Part shown: positions 38,919-48,978 of the stretch, one piece after another | How the letters are laid out: each line of letters opens with the position of its first letter | Position numbering within the stretch: position 1 is the first letter of the stretch | Assembly (NCBI GenBank): GCA_965218095.1 | Contig: OZ244587.1 | Coordinates: 3,136,001 to 3,200,000, forward strand | Reading direction: 5' to 3' | Source of the DNA: Candidatus Poribacteria bacterium | GTDB taxonomy: Bacteria; Poribacteria; WGA-4E; PCPOR2b | Length of the DNA stretch: 64,000 bases | The notes under the pieces: model-generated | Told to the model about the DNA's origin: nothing | Database searches by the model: none | The model's input: only the letters and a program-made list of their open reading frames with translations | Translations under genes and position numbers: made by a program

Positions 38919-40913
38919 ATGCTCTCGAAGAATCTTCTCCCCAATGCCAGTTTCGAACTCGACTTCGGTGATACCGTACCGACGAACTGGGGGGATACTC
39001 AAAACGAGTTGACGTTGCAGTTGCATGTTGCTTTGAATCCCGATGAAATCGGGGCGACCGGACAGGCGCCGCAGACGCCCCCGCGCAGTGAACCCGTCGG
39101 TGATGCGGTCAATGGTGAGTGGGCGGCGCGGATTGAGACGGAAGAAGGTAGCAGTCGGGCTGTCGGACATCTCATCTCGCCGATGGTGAGCGTTGAACCT
39201 TGTACGCCGCATACAATTTCGGTTTGCGCGCGGAGCGATGACCCGTCGGCGAAGCTAGAGATCGGCTTGTGGACGCGGCCGGTGGACTTTACACAGACGC
39301 CCGATGCGCTTAGTTATCCGATGTCGCTTTCGACGACATGGCAGCGGTACGAGTTCACGTGCTGCACAGACGAGCTTGAAGAGCGTGCTGTCGTCGACTT
39401 CAAAGTCACGGCCGACCATACGAGCACGGTGGTCTGGTTCGACGTGGCCCAATTGGAGCAGGGGCCGCGGGCGACGGAGTTCGAAACGCGGCGGATAGTT
39501 GAGGCGGCGGTTGCGGGTCGGCGGGAGCGGCCGCTGATTCACCTCAATGATGGGCCGCTTGAACTGTATCTCACGACGTACAACCACGCAGCCGAGCCCC
39601 TCAACGAGCCGATCGCGTTGGAGGTCAGCGAGCTGATCAGCGGGCGTGTGATTTTCGTCCATACGATTACTGACCCTGTCGCGCCGGGTCGAAGCGAGCG
39701 CAAACTCTCGCTGGATTTTCCGTTCATTGGCGAGTTCCGCGCTCGGCTTATCGCCGGCGAGCAGATCAGCCCGGAGGATTACATTTTCGTCAACTACCCG
39801 GTGTTCGAGGAAACGTATCAGGGGGTCATGTATACGAAGCACAGCGCGGTGCACGAAATTCCCGCCGAGCGCAGCGTGCTGCCGTGGACCAACGACAGTA
39901 ACTGGTATGCTGACACGCAGGCGACTTTGATTGTCACGGACGACGACGTGATTCACGCGCAGGTGAGCGACGGCCACACGGTCATGCGCACCCGTGACGG
40001 CGGGCGAACTTGGGACAATCTGCAGGTGACCAAATCGATCAACTCCGTGCTGCGCGACGGTACGTTTCTGGCGGTGGAATTCGAGGACGAGACGTTGCAT
40101 ATATCGCGGTCGCGCGATCAGGGAAGGACATGGCAGCCGCTCGGGCGAATTGAGGCCAAGAATTCCGTGTGGCCGCAGAAGGGGCCGATAGAACAATTGC
40201 GCGATGAGTCGCTGATCATACCGGTTGGCATTATTGGCGTTGGTGCGGCGGCGGGGCCACTTACGGTGCATGCGTTTCGCTCGACCGATGGGGGCATGAC
40301 CTGGTCGGACGGTGCGCCGATCTGTCCGGGCGGTGAACCGCAGATCCTTGAATTGCAATCGGGGCGTCTGCTCGCTTTCTGTCGTAACAATCCGCGGATC
40401 CCGCCCAGCGATTTACAACGCCCGTTTCGCAACGAAGGTCCATGGCGGTTGTGGCAGCGTTTTCAAGGCGCTCGCGGTCTGTCCTCGTATACGAAGCGGA
40501 TGACGCTAGCTGAGTCGGACGATGGTGGACAGACGTGGTATGGCCAGCGGCCCGCGACGTTTTTGCTCGACGAAATACACGGCGGCGGAGTACAACTGCC
40601 GGACGGGCGGGTGGTCTTTCTTTATACACACCGCGGCCCGACGTATCGCGGCGGGGAGCGGGCGAAAGTAAGTTGCGATGAAGGGCGAACCTGGCGCGAT
40701 GAATTGTATTTCATGACCGCAACGCCTGCATACCCGGGCTACTCCGGCAGTTGCGTGCTGCCGCCCCATCTGGCCGACGGTAAGCCGGGCATGATTCTGT
40801 CGCTCGTCGGTGAGCGGTCGGAACGTAACTGGGGCAGCGAAGGCCCGGCGACGGCGGAGGGCTTTAAGTACATGCCGCGCATCCAGGCGATTCGTTGGCG
40901 ACCGGTAAAATGA
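38919..40913 (+). CDS. CBM-like domain plus BNR sialidase-like protein
   Basis: NLLPNASFE, WQRYEFT, VWFDVAQLEQG (CBM4/9-like); TRDGGRTW, SRDQGRTW, STDGGMTW, SDDGGQTW, SCDEGRTW. Confidence 0.82.
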   Translation: MLSKNLLPNASFELDFGDTVPTNWGDTQNELTLQLHVALNPDEIGATGQAPQTPPRSEPVGDAVNGEWAARIETEEGSSRAVGHLISPMVSVEPCTPHTISVCARSDDPSAKLEIGLWTRPVDFTQTPDALSYPMSLSTTWQRYEFTCCTDELEERAVVDFKVTADHTSTVVWFDVAQLEQGPRATEFETRRIVEAAVAGRRERPLIHLNDGPLELYLTTYNHAAEPLNEPIALEVSELISGRVIFVHTITDPVAPGRSERKLSLDFPFIGEFRARLIAGEQISPEDYIFVNYPVFEETYQGVMYTKHSAVHEIPAERSVLPWTNDSNWYADTQATLIVTDDDVIHAQVSDGHTVMRTRDGGRTWDNLQVTKSINSVLRDGTFLAVEFEDETLHISRSRDQGRTWQPLGRIEAKNSVWPQKGPIEQLRDESLIIPVGIIGVGAAAGPLTVHAFRSTDGGMTWSDGAPICPGGEPQILELQSGRLLAFCRNNPRIPPSDLQRPFRNEGPWRLWQRFQGARGLSSYTKRMTLAESDDGGQTWYGQRPATFLLDEIHGGGVQLPDGRVVFLYTHRGPTYRGGERAKVSCDEGRTWRDELYFMTATPAYPGYSGSCVLPPHLADGKPGMILSLVGERSERNWGSEGPATAEGFKYMPRIQAIRWRPVK

Positions 40914-41016
40914 GCAATGACCGATTCATCCCCCACGGATTAGGGGGCCAGACTCACCCGTCGGCGGGCTCAGGGCAGGCTCTAATCTGTGAGGGCTTTT
41001 CGGAAGATAAGATAAA

Positions 41017-41107
41017 AGCTCATGTTAAGACTTCGTGCAAAGGCAAAATTCACACCAATGATTTCGCGGATTCTCTAACACTTTTGCACTTTCTTTTGAC
41101 ATGAGCC
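41017..41107. mobile_element. 91-bp MITE with IS1595-type ends
   Basis: AGCTCATGTTAAGACTTCGTGCAAA ... TTTGCACTTTCTTTTGACATGAGCC, matching the ends at 25966 and 54594/55486; no TSD. Confidence 0.7.
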
Positions 41108-41176
41108 ACCTTTTGGTTATTATCATGTATTTTGCGGATAGTGAAAAAAACGGTCATTAACTGCGCTTTTCAGTCA

Positions 41177-41221
41177 TCATTCTGAGTGAAACGAAGAATC
41201 TCCCTGCATGAGAGATTCTTC
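41177..41221. repeat. REP-like palindrome
   Basis: TCATTCTGAGTGAAACGAAGAATCTC ... GAGATTCTTC hairpin. Confidence 0.6.
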
Positions 41222-41292
41222 ACGGAGCTTGCCGAAGTGATGGCAAATCTGTGCCCATGCTGAGTATACTCAAACCTTTAGGAGAAAATACG

Positions 41293-42132
41293 ATGAATCG
41301 AAGGCAATTTTTAGGGCTTATGCTCATCGGCATGGTCATGTTAAGCGGTGTCGCCTTATGGGTCAATGGTTGGGGACAGGCGCCCGAAAAACCCCAAATC
41401 GCTTTCGACCGCAAAGTCAATGGGCTGCGCTGGGAAATTCATCTCATGGATATCGATGGGAAAAACGTGCAAAACCTCACAAAGGGGATTGCTGTGGATT
41501 TTTCGCCTACATGGTCACCGGATGGGAAACGGATTGCTTTCGGGTCCAAACGAGGAAACGGCGGAATCTATGTCATGGATGCCGATGGGGAAAATGTCCG
41601 TCTGCTGACGGATCATCCAGCGGTCACAAACCTTCCCGCGTGGTCGCCGGATGGTCAACAGATTGTCTTTGCCTCGTCGGGTCGGCAAAAAGGCGATTTT
41701 GACATCTATGCGATGGACGCCGATGAAGGAGATGGAGGAAATGTACACCCCTTGACCGACGATCCCGCAAGCGATACCCATCCCGCGTGGTCGCCGGATG
41801 GTCGACAGATTGCCTTCAGTTCCGCTAGAGCGGGGGGCGGTATTTATGTGATGGACGCCAATGGCAGGAATGTCCGCCGGCTCACATTTTTTGAAGAAGA
41901 CCAAGGACCAGCGTGGTCGCTAGATGGTCGAAGGATTGCCTTTACGTCTCTTCGGGACGCAAATCCTGAGATTTATGTGATGGACGCCGACGGCAGGAAC
42001 CAGCAACGGTTGACCCATCATCGCACAATTGACTCAGACCCCGCATGGTTTGACCCCGCATTTGCTCGTTCTGTCGCTCCGGCAGGCAAGCAGGCGACGA
42101 TATGGGGATGGCTCAAGCAGTTGAGCCGATAG
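41293..42132 (+). CDS. TolB-like PD40 beta-propeller with Tat-like signal and C-terminal xTxWGxLK motif
   Basis: MNRRQFLGLML; repeated P[AT]WSPDGxxIAF and IYVMDADG; tail SVAPAGKQATIWGWLKQ. Confidence 0.88.
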   Translation: MNRRQFLGLMLIGMVMLSGVALWVNGWGQAPEKPQIAFDRKVNGLRWEIHLMDIDGKNVQNLTKGIAVDFSPTWSPDGKRIAFGSKRGNGGIYVMDADGENVRLLTDHPAVTNLPAWSPDGQQIVFASSGRQKGDFDIYAMDADEGDGGNVHPLTDDPASDTHPAWSPDGRQIAFSSARAGGGIYVMDANGRNVRRLTFFEEDQGPAWSLDGRRIAFTSLRDANPEIYVMDADGRNQQRLTHHRTIDSDPAWFDPAFARSVAPAGKQATIWGWLKQLSR

Positions 42133-42248
42133 TCGCTGCCCTAGGCAATGTGCGCTAGTATCAGGGTCTAATCTCAGCCGGAGAATGCAGTTGTCACTCA
42201 AGCACCGCCAGTTTTTCTGAGAGGGATCAGGAGAGTCAGGAGGATTAC

Positions 42249-42698
42249 ATGAAAAAATATCTGGCAGTTTGGCTGGTACTTGGGTTAATTGTGTCAGGAA
42301 ATAGTCTATCTTCATGTCAAACAAGGCGAAAGAGAAAAGCCGAAGATTCAAAGACCACCTTAACTTGCGTCGGGCAAAAAGTCCCTCCATTTCAAGTAAC
42401 AGCATTAGATGGAAGGCCCATCAATATCACAGATCTAAAGGGCAAGATTGTCCTGCTTAATTTCTTTACGACAAGGTGTGGCGCCTGCATCACGGAAGTG
42501 CCGCATCTTGAGGAAGATATTTGGCAAAAATTCAAATCAGAAGAATTCATGATAATTGCGATTGGAAGAGCGCATTCTGAGCCCGAACTCGTTGCTTTTA
42601 AGGAAAAGCACAGACTTACATTTTCACTGGCCTCAGACCCAAACCGTCAGGTATTAAGTGTGAAATGGCGCATGAACCGGACTGGATGGGAAGTCTAA
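42249..42698 (+). CDS. TlpA/AhpC-TSA family redoxin (C-terminus probably truncated)
   Basis: LKGKIVLLNFFTTRCGACITEVPHL CxxC; lacks the usual cis-Pro strand region. Confidence 0.7.
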   Translation: MKKYLAVWLVLGLIVSGNSLSSCQTRRKRKAEDSKTTLTCVGQKVPPFQVTALDGRPINITDLKGKIVLLNFFTTRCGACITEVPHLEEDIWQKFKSEEFMIIAIGRAHSEPELVAFKEKHRLTFSLASDPNRQVLSVKWRMNRTGWEV

Positions 42699-43065
42699 GC
42701 AGTCACGTCCGACTACGATGATATGGTAAGTGAAGCAAACAGACTGTCAGAAGCGTCGCAAAATGGAATACAGGCACCCCATCTGATACCTCTGATTATG
42801 TTGGACGATGATACTCGCACGTTGCCACCGTGTGTGGAACATATCAGCATCGGCGTATAGGTCTGTACCTAAGTCATTTGAATAGATTGATTTCATTCAA
42901 TGCTTTACGATCAACGAATCCGTTATTACTCCCTTTAAAGAAACATCGAATTCCATCGCTTATCTTGGTGGTAGTTCTTTTAAGTCCTATTTCAAATGGA
43001 TCGAGGATCGAAGCGGTGATCCGCGTTATTACCAGACAAACGGATAGAATTGCCGCAGCCAACGT

Positions 43066-43791
43066 TCAAGCGTAATCTTCGGCGTTGTCCTGGGGGGCAT
43101 AGCCCAGTTCTTCTCGCGCATTCTCAATGTCCCAGTACGCGCGCGTGTTATTTGAGATACCATAGTAGATGCCGAATTTCACTGACTCTGCCTCGACGCT
43201 CCGCTGGACCAACTGTACGGTATCTCGGTAACTCAACCAGGTGGAGAGGATGCGGTCGCTCTGCCGATTTTTCACCGATTCCACCGGCTGAAAAGATCCG
43301 ATCCGCAGGCAAATCACCGACAGCCTGAACTCATCGACATAGTATCTGCCCAGCGCCTCGCCGTAGGCTTTACTGGCACCGTAATGGCTATCGGGGCGCA
43401 CTGGCATTTCAGGGGTTGTGTAGACGCCCTCCTGTTCGTAGAAGCCGGTGACATGGTTGGTACTGGCAAAGATGACTTGAGGTGTGCCGGCTCGCCGAGT
43501 CGCTTCGTAGATGCAGTAGGTGCCTTGGATATTATTCTCCAACACGGACTCAAATGTTGCACTGACCTCCGGATCCCCGGCCATGTGGATGACCGAATCC
43601 ACCCCATCTACGACCTCCACCATTCGGTCGAGATCGGTGATGCCGGCTATGTAGACTTCTTCTCCAGGTTCAGCCGGGGGCACAGTCCTGTGGTAGAGGA
43701 GCCGCAGATCGTAGTCGTCTTTCAGCCCGTCTCGTAGGACCCGTCCGATTCGGCCCGCCGCGCCGGTGATAAGTACTTTTTTCCGTTTCAT
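43066..43791 (-). CDS. NAD-dependent epimerase/dehydratase (uronate dehydrogenase-like)
   Basis: LITGAAGRIG, FASTNHVTG, YGASK, CLRIGS, STWLS. Confidence 0.85.
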   Translation of the reverse strand: MKRKKVLITGAAGRIGRVLRDGLKDDYDLRLLYHRTVPPAEPGEEVYIAGITDLDRMVEVVDGVDSVIHMAGDPEVSATFESVLENNIQGTYCIYEATRRAGTPQVIFASTNHVTGFYEQEGVYTTPEMPVRPDSHYGASKAYGEALGRYYVDEFRLSVICLRIGSFQPVESVKNRQSDRILSTWLSYRDTVQLVQRSVEAESVKFGIYYGISNNTRAYWDIENAREELGYAPQDNAEDYA

Positions 43792-43941
43792 ATCCCTTTC
43801 CCCTATGGTTTGTGATTGAGTTTATTGATATTACGGGTCATCTAATAATGGGAGCTACTGAGCAAAAAAGCAGGTGAAAACTGAAAAGCCCAATCATTTT
43901 TGACGCTAACGGCGCACTGACCATCCCCAATTCATATCTCC

Positions 43942-45174
43942 CTAATTCCAATCTACTGGCGATGTCAATTGCCCCAACAGCGTCCGGCGAATCCAATCCA
44001 GTCCCTGGATGGTCAGCCACCGGCGAATATAGTCGGTATCCTGATAATTGCGACTCCGCTCGAATAAACGATTTTCACCCGGTCCAATCAGGGCAATGAA
44101 GGTCGAACTATCTTCAAATGGGCCGAGCATCGCAAAACCCAGACCACCGGCCGGGGTCACGCTTTCAGCCAGAGAGGTGGCCAACGTGCGGGCATCCGCA
44201 TCCTGTAAATCGGGGCGCGAGTCAAGACCGGCAGCTTTCAACGCATCGGCTACGTTGGCCGGAGACAAGTGAATTGTAATCAAATCGCCAAATCCCGCTT
44301 CAATCAGATCGCGCGTCAATTGGCCACCGGTGAACGTATCAATTACGCCTAGTTTGAGTTCCTGTTCAACTAACAAGCCGCCCACAACCTCCGGCGCCGT
44401 TTCCTTCTCCACGCCATAAATAGCGACGCCCAACCGCTCTCGGAGTTTGGCTTCCATTGGGGAGATCAGTGCGTCCGCCGCAGCCTCGGTGTCCGCCTTG
44501 GCCACAATTCGCACGTCGGTCTGACCGACATGCGCCGCCAACCCGACCGTCGGGTTTTCCGCGGTCATCAAGTCGCCGATTCCCCGGTCAACGTTACTCT
44601 CGCCCACCGCACATGTGCGCAAGATGCGGACTTTCGTGACCTTGACCCCGCCCACGCGTTCCACAAGCAGAGGGATGACCGTATGCTCAAGCATATATTC
44701 AAGCTCCCGCGGAACGCCCGGCAGAGAAATGATAAAGCCGCGTCCGCGCAGATCTTCACTCAAAAAGCAAGGCGCCGTACCCACAGGGTTAGCCAGCGGC
44801 AATGCACCCTCGGGAATATAAGCCTGGCGCTTGTTATTTTCAGCCATCTTCCGCCCAAACAGGCGAAAACGGTCGGCGATTTGCGCTTCGAGTTCTGTGC
44901 TGTAAACGAGTTGCCGCCCCGTCGCGTTGGCAGCGGCCTGGCGCGTGATATCATCCACCGTCGGGCCGATTCCGCCGGAGGTAATGACGACATCCGAACG
45001 GTCCAGAGCCAGATTGAGGACCTCGGTGATGCGGGTTTCGTTATCGCCGACGGTGGTTTTGTAATACAGGTCCAGCCCGATATCGCGGAGTGCGCGCGCC
45101 AGTTTGTTGGCATTGGTATCAACGATCTCCCCAAGGAGGAGTTCGGTTCCAATCATTACGATTTCTGCGTGCAT
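43942..45174 (-). CDS. cinA: CinA-like competence/damage-inducible protein
   Basis: IGTELLLGEIVDTNA, GGIGPTVDDITR, NPVGTAP, LPGVPRE; C-terminal PncC domain looks degenerate. Confidence 0.88.
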   Translation of the reverse strand: MHAEIVMIGTELLLGEIVDTNANKLARALRDIGLDLYYKTTVGDNETRITEVLNLALDRSDVVITSGGIGPTVDDITRQAAANATGRQLVYSTELEAQIADRFRLFGRKMAENNKRQAYIPEGALPLANPVGTAPCFLSEDLRGRGFIISLPGVPRELEYMLEHTVIPLLVERVGGVKVTKVRILRTCAVGESNVDRGIGDLMTAENPTVGLAAHVGQTDVRIVAKADTEAAADALISPMEAKLRERLGVAIYGVEKETAPEVVGGLLVEQELKLGVIDTFTGGQLTRDLIEAGFGDLITIHLSPANVADALKAAGLDSRPDLQDADARTLATSLAESVTPAGGLGFAMLGPFEDSSTFIALIGPGENRLFERSRNYQDTDYIRRWLTIQGLDWIRRTLLGQLTSPVDWN

Positions 45175-45440
45175 GACATGCCTTTTGAGTTGGGATGGTG
45201 GTTTGAAGTGAGGAGCAATTCCCGACGGTAAATTGTGCCGTTGATTGCCCCCAATTTACGGGGAATTGATGTTTCCAATCAGGTATAGATTGGGAGCATA
45301 TTATCGCACAATTTGAAAAAAAAGGGAATTCAAAAATATCGAATCGCTGCGCAAGCGGATTTTTTCCGCAAAAATGATACGTGTTGACATGCTGAACCTG
45401 AAATGGCTGACACACATAGACTCAACCCAAATCACCCTGA

Positions 45441-45611
45441 ATCCGTCTCTGTGATGTCGGCAGTGAAAACTGGGTGCGTCTCTCCGACTTCAAAGGACAA
45501 CAACCGAGAGCGCTGATCTTCGGGAGTTTCACCTGACACCCATTCGTCAGAGAGCCTGTGAGTCTCCGTGACTTATACTTCACTATCTCCCCGGTCGGTC
45601 TTAAACCGTAG
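45441..45611 (+). pseudogene. Deiodinase-like/redoxin selenoprotein remnant
   Basis: VRLSDFKGQQPRALIFGSFT-TGA-HPFVRE with TGA at 45534-45536; no intact start. Confidence 0.65.
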
Positions 45612-45769
45612 TAGCGATTTTAGTCGCATCTGGTCGGTGGAAGCTGGGGATTCGTTATTCAACGTGCGCTTGAGGCGGGGACGCGCTATATCTGGGCGCG
45701 TCCTGAAGAAGTTGCTCACAACGAACTATTGCAGCATAAGCGCCTTTATCTCAACCCTCCCTTTTTTGT

Positions 45770-46596
45770 GATCCGTTGCATCGGTTTATTTCATCGCATG
45801 GACGGGTGTTGCGTATCTGTTGAACCGGTAGTCTCTGAAGCAAGATGAGACAGGCGATCCGGCCCTCACCCTCCGTCTAAAACTGCTCAGCGGGCTCGGG
45901 TTAGGGCTCTACGGCGCGACCGTTACGCTGGCTTCGGTTGACTGGGTGATGTCCCTTGAGCCGCACTGGTTTTCGACAGTTTATGGCGTGATGTTTATGG
46001 TTGGCAGCGTATTAACCACCTTCGCGTTCATGATTGTTGCGTTGGCATACCTCGCTCATCGTAAACCGCTGGTCGATATCGTTGCGCCGCAGCATTTCCA
46101 TGACCTCGGTAACCTCGTGCTTGCCTTTGTAATGTTGTGGGTGTACATCGCCTTCTCTCAATACCTGATTATCTGGTCTGGCAACCTGCCAGAGGAGATC
46201 CATTGGTATCTCCACCGAACAGGCGACGGTTGGAAAGCGGTTATCGTGATATTAATGATCTTTCATTTCCTCCTGCCTTTCCTGATATTGTTATCGCGTA
46301 GAACAAAGCGTCGGGTGGGAATGGTTTCAACACTCGCAGGAGCGATGATTTTCATGCGGCTGGTCGATCTCTTCTGGATAGTTGCTCCCGCATTCCATCG
46401 TGGGCATTTCTATATTCATTGGCTCGATTTCGTCATTCCCATCGGGATGGGCGAAATTTGGATCGGGGTGTTTGTCTGGCAACTGCAAAAAAGACCTTTG
46501 CTGCCGCTTCATGATCCACGTTTAGCGGAAATACTCAGCCGTCAACAGGTTGAACGAAGTGAAATCCCGCGCAGTGGGGAGGCTCACAATGTCTAA
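45770..46596 (+). pseudogene. Alternative complex III ActF-like membrane subunit, 5' truncated
   Basis: ASVDWVMSLEPHWFSTVYG, HDLGNL, FSQYLIIWSGNLPEE; N-terminal part missing. Confidence 0.75.
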
Positions 46597-46960
46597 CTCC
46601 AATTGAAGCGAATCTTACGAACACCGGGACGTGAACCTGAAATCTATCCTGAGCTTTGGAATCGGATTGATCGCTCTTACTGTTGTCGTGCTCCTGTTGA
46701 TGTGGTTGATGTTTAATGCCTTCGCGACCCGTGAAGCTCAGTTAGATCGGCCCCCTTCTCCGTTGGCGGATACGCGGCGCCTGACACCTGAACCGCGGTT
46801 GCAAGTCAATCCTATTCAGGATTTGAAGGAATTACGCGCCCGCGAAGGTGTGCTGTTGAACAGTTACGGTTGGGTGAATAAAGATGCTGGCGTCGTCCGC
46901 ATCCCAATCGAATCGCGCCATGGAGTTATTGGCGGAGGGAGGTCTGCCAGTCAGGGGAGG
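46589..46960 (+). pseudogene. ACIII/oxidase-associated small membrane protein, frameshifted
   Basis: TM helix, PEPRLQVNPIQDL, LNSYGWVNKDAGVVRIPIE; stop near the start and frameshift at the end. Confidence 0.6.
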
Positions 46961-47079
46961 CAGAGACAAGGAAACTGGCGGACAGGGAGAAGACGGGATG
47001 GGAAATTGAGAGCAGAAGGAAAGGAAGGAAGGGAAGAATGGAAGGACGTTCAGCGGCAGAGCGATTGTTACATAATACG

Positions 47080-47887
47080 CAATATCTTTCACGTTTTACT
47101 CTTTTTCTCGTTTTCTGGAACTACTTCAGCACAGGAATTCAGCGCCAGCGTCCAACCAGCGATATTCCGCGAAATCGGTATTGATCAGGATTGAACGAAC
47201 AGGCGCCGCTGGATTTGGTATTTCGAGATGAAACCGGAAAATTGGTTTCAGCTTGACGACTACTTCGGCGAAAAACCGGTCATCCTATCGCTGGTCTACT
47301 ACGAATGTCCGATGCTCTGCACCCTTGTACTGAACGGATTTCTCAGGAGTCTCCGAGCGTTAGCCTTTGATGTCGGCGATCAATTCAAGGTAGTGACGGT
47401 GAGCATAGATCCAGAAGAAACACCTGCATTGGCTGCGGCAAAGAAGACGGAATACATGAAGCAATATGGGCGAGAGGGTGCAAAAAAAGGGTGGCATTTT
47501 CTCACCGGTAAGCAGAACGGAATTCAGGACTTGGCTAAGGCTGTCGGATTTCTTTACCGGTACGAACCACATCGGGATGAATATATCCTCACGCCAGCGG
47601 GATTATGGTTTTAACCCCACAGGGAAAGTTAGCACGCTACTTCTACGGGCTCGAGTATTCGCCTCGGGATCTGCGCCTCGCTTTGGTCGAAGCCTCCGCG
47701 AACAAAATCGGTTCTCCGGTTGCAACTGCTACTTTACTGCTACCACTATGACCCAATCACCGGTAAGTATGGACTTCTCATTATGAACTTCATACGGCTG
47801 GGAGGTCTTGCAACCGTCCTCGCTTTGGGGATTTTCATGATCGTGATGTTTCGGCGAGATCGACGGCGGAAGTTGACACATCAGTAG
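47080..47887 (+). pseudogene. SCO family copper chaperone, multiple frameshifts
   Basis: [45 protein letters not shown] spread over several frames. Confidence 0.8.
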
Positions 47888-47931
47888 ATGGATTGATCAT
47901 GAAAGCAGGTCAAGAAGGCGTGGGAGTTGAC

Positions 47932-48900
47932 ATGAAACATCTACTTTTTCTGATGAGCTGTTTATTGATCGCTTCTGTGTGTTTCGCTCTAGATTTCAAA
48001 CCACCGGGACCGGCTGAAAGGCAAAGGGCTGTTGGAAACACGACAGCACTCCCAAAAACTTTACAACGCGCGCTTATCCCCACTACTGACTTCCAGCCGA
48101 TACTGATGCCGCAACCCGGCGACTGGCTGGAATCGCACGCAGAAACAGGTCAGACCTTTGACGATTTTGTCAATTCAAAACCGAACCATCCAACCCGTCA
48201 TCGGAACACGATTTACTTGCAACCCCTTGAGGAATTTCCAAAGGAGAAAAGCTCTTCAGTGGAACGGCTTCAGGCGTACACTGCCGCATACTTTGCGATG
48301 GAAGTGGCGCTGCTTCCACCTCTGAAGCTCAGTGGGCATCACCTGACGACACGCATCAATGCTTGCACAGGCAATCGGCAAATTCTAACCGGTGATGTCT
48401 TAGCGCTCCTGAAAAAGAGACTCCCATCCGATGCCTTCTGCCTGTTGGCGATCACCATGGAAGACCTTTATCCGCATCCGTTATGGAACTTTGTCTTTGG
48501 TCAAGCCTCGCTGCGCGAGCGTGTCGGGGTCTTCAGCTTTGCCCGATATCATCCCGCGTTTTATGGGGAAGAAGGTACAACGACGAATCAGAAGCTCATC
48601 CTCCGAAGAAGCTGTAAAGTGCTGGTTCATGAAACTGCTCACATGTTCGGCTTGAAGCATTGCATCTTCTTTCATTGTATAATCAATGGCTCGAATCATT
48701 TACAAGAAAGTGATACCCGTCCCCTGCACCTTTGCCCGGTTTGCCTGCGTAAGCTACAAGAAAGCATTGGATTTGATGTAGTTTCGCGTTATCAAGAGCT
48801 GCTTCGTTTTTACGAAAAAGTCGGCTTTGCCCTTGAAGCACGATGGGTTGCCAATCGCTTGAAATGGATTTTAGGGAACCCCCAGGCAAGGCAAAAGTAA
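47932..48900 (+). CDS. Archaemetzincin (peptidase M54) with signal peptide
   Basis: DLYPHPLWNFVFGQA, HETAHMFGLKHC...C...NGSNH...LCPVC. Confidence 0.9.
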   Translation: MKHLLFLMSCLLIASVCFALDFKPPGPAERQRAVGNTTALPKTLQRALIPTTDFQPILMPQPGDWLESHAETGQTFDDFVNSKPNHPTRHRNTIYLQPLEEFPKEKSSSVERLQAYTAAYFAMEVALLPPLKLSGHHLTTRINACTGNRQILTGDVLALLKKRLPSDAFCLLAITMEDLYPHPLWNFVFGQASLRERVGVFSFARYHPAFYGEEGTTTNQKLILRRSCKVLVHETAHMFGLKHCIFFHCIINGSNHLQESDTRPLHLCPVCLRKLQESIGFDVVSRYQELLRFYEKVGFALEARWVANRLKWILGNPQARQK

Positions 48901-48978
48901 TCAAACGTGAACCATTTACGATTCAAATGCTTGATGCTTCTTTTGATGAGCGATACGTTGAAATCGATTGGGAACCAA

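Noticed and set aside
39255-40358. 367-aa minus-strand ORF
   Set aside because: Antisense shadow of the CBM-BNR gene
42700-43062. Short ORFs between the redoxin and the epimerase
   Set aside because: AT-rich, interrupted and without a motif I can assign
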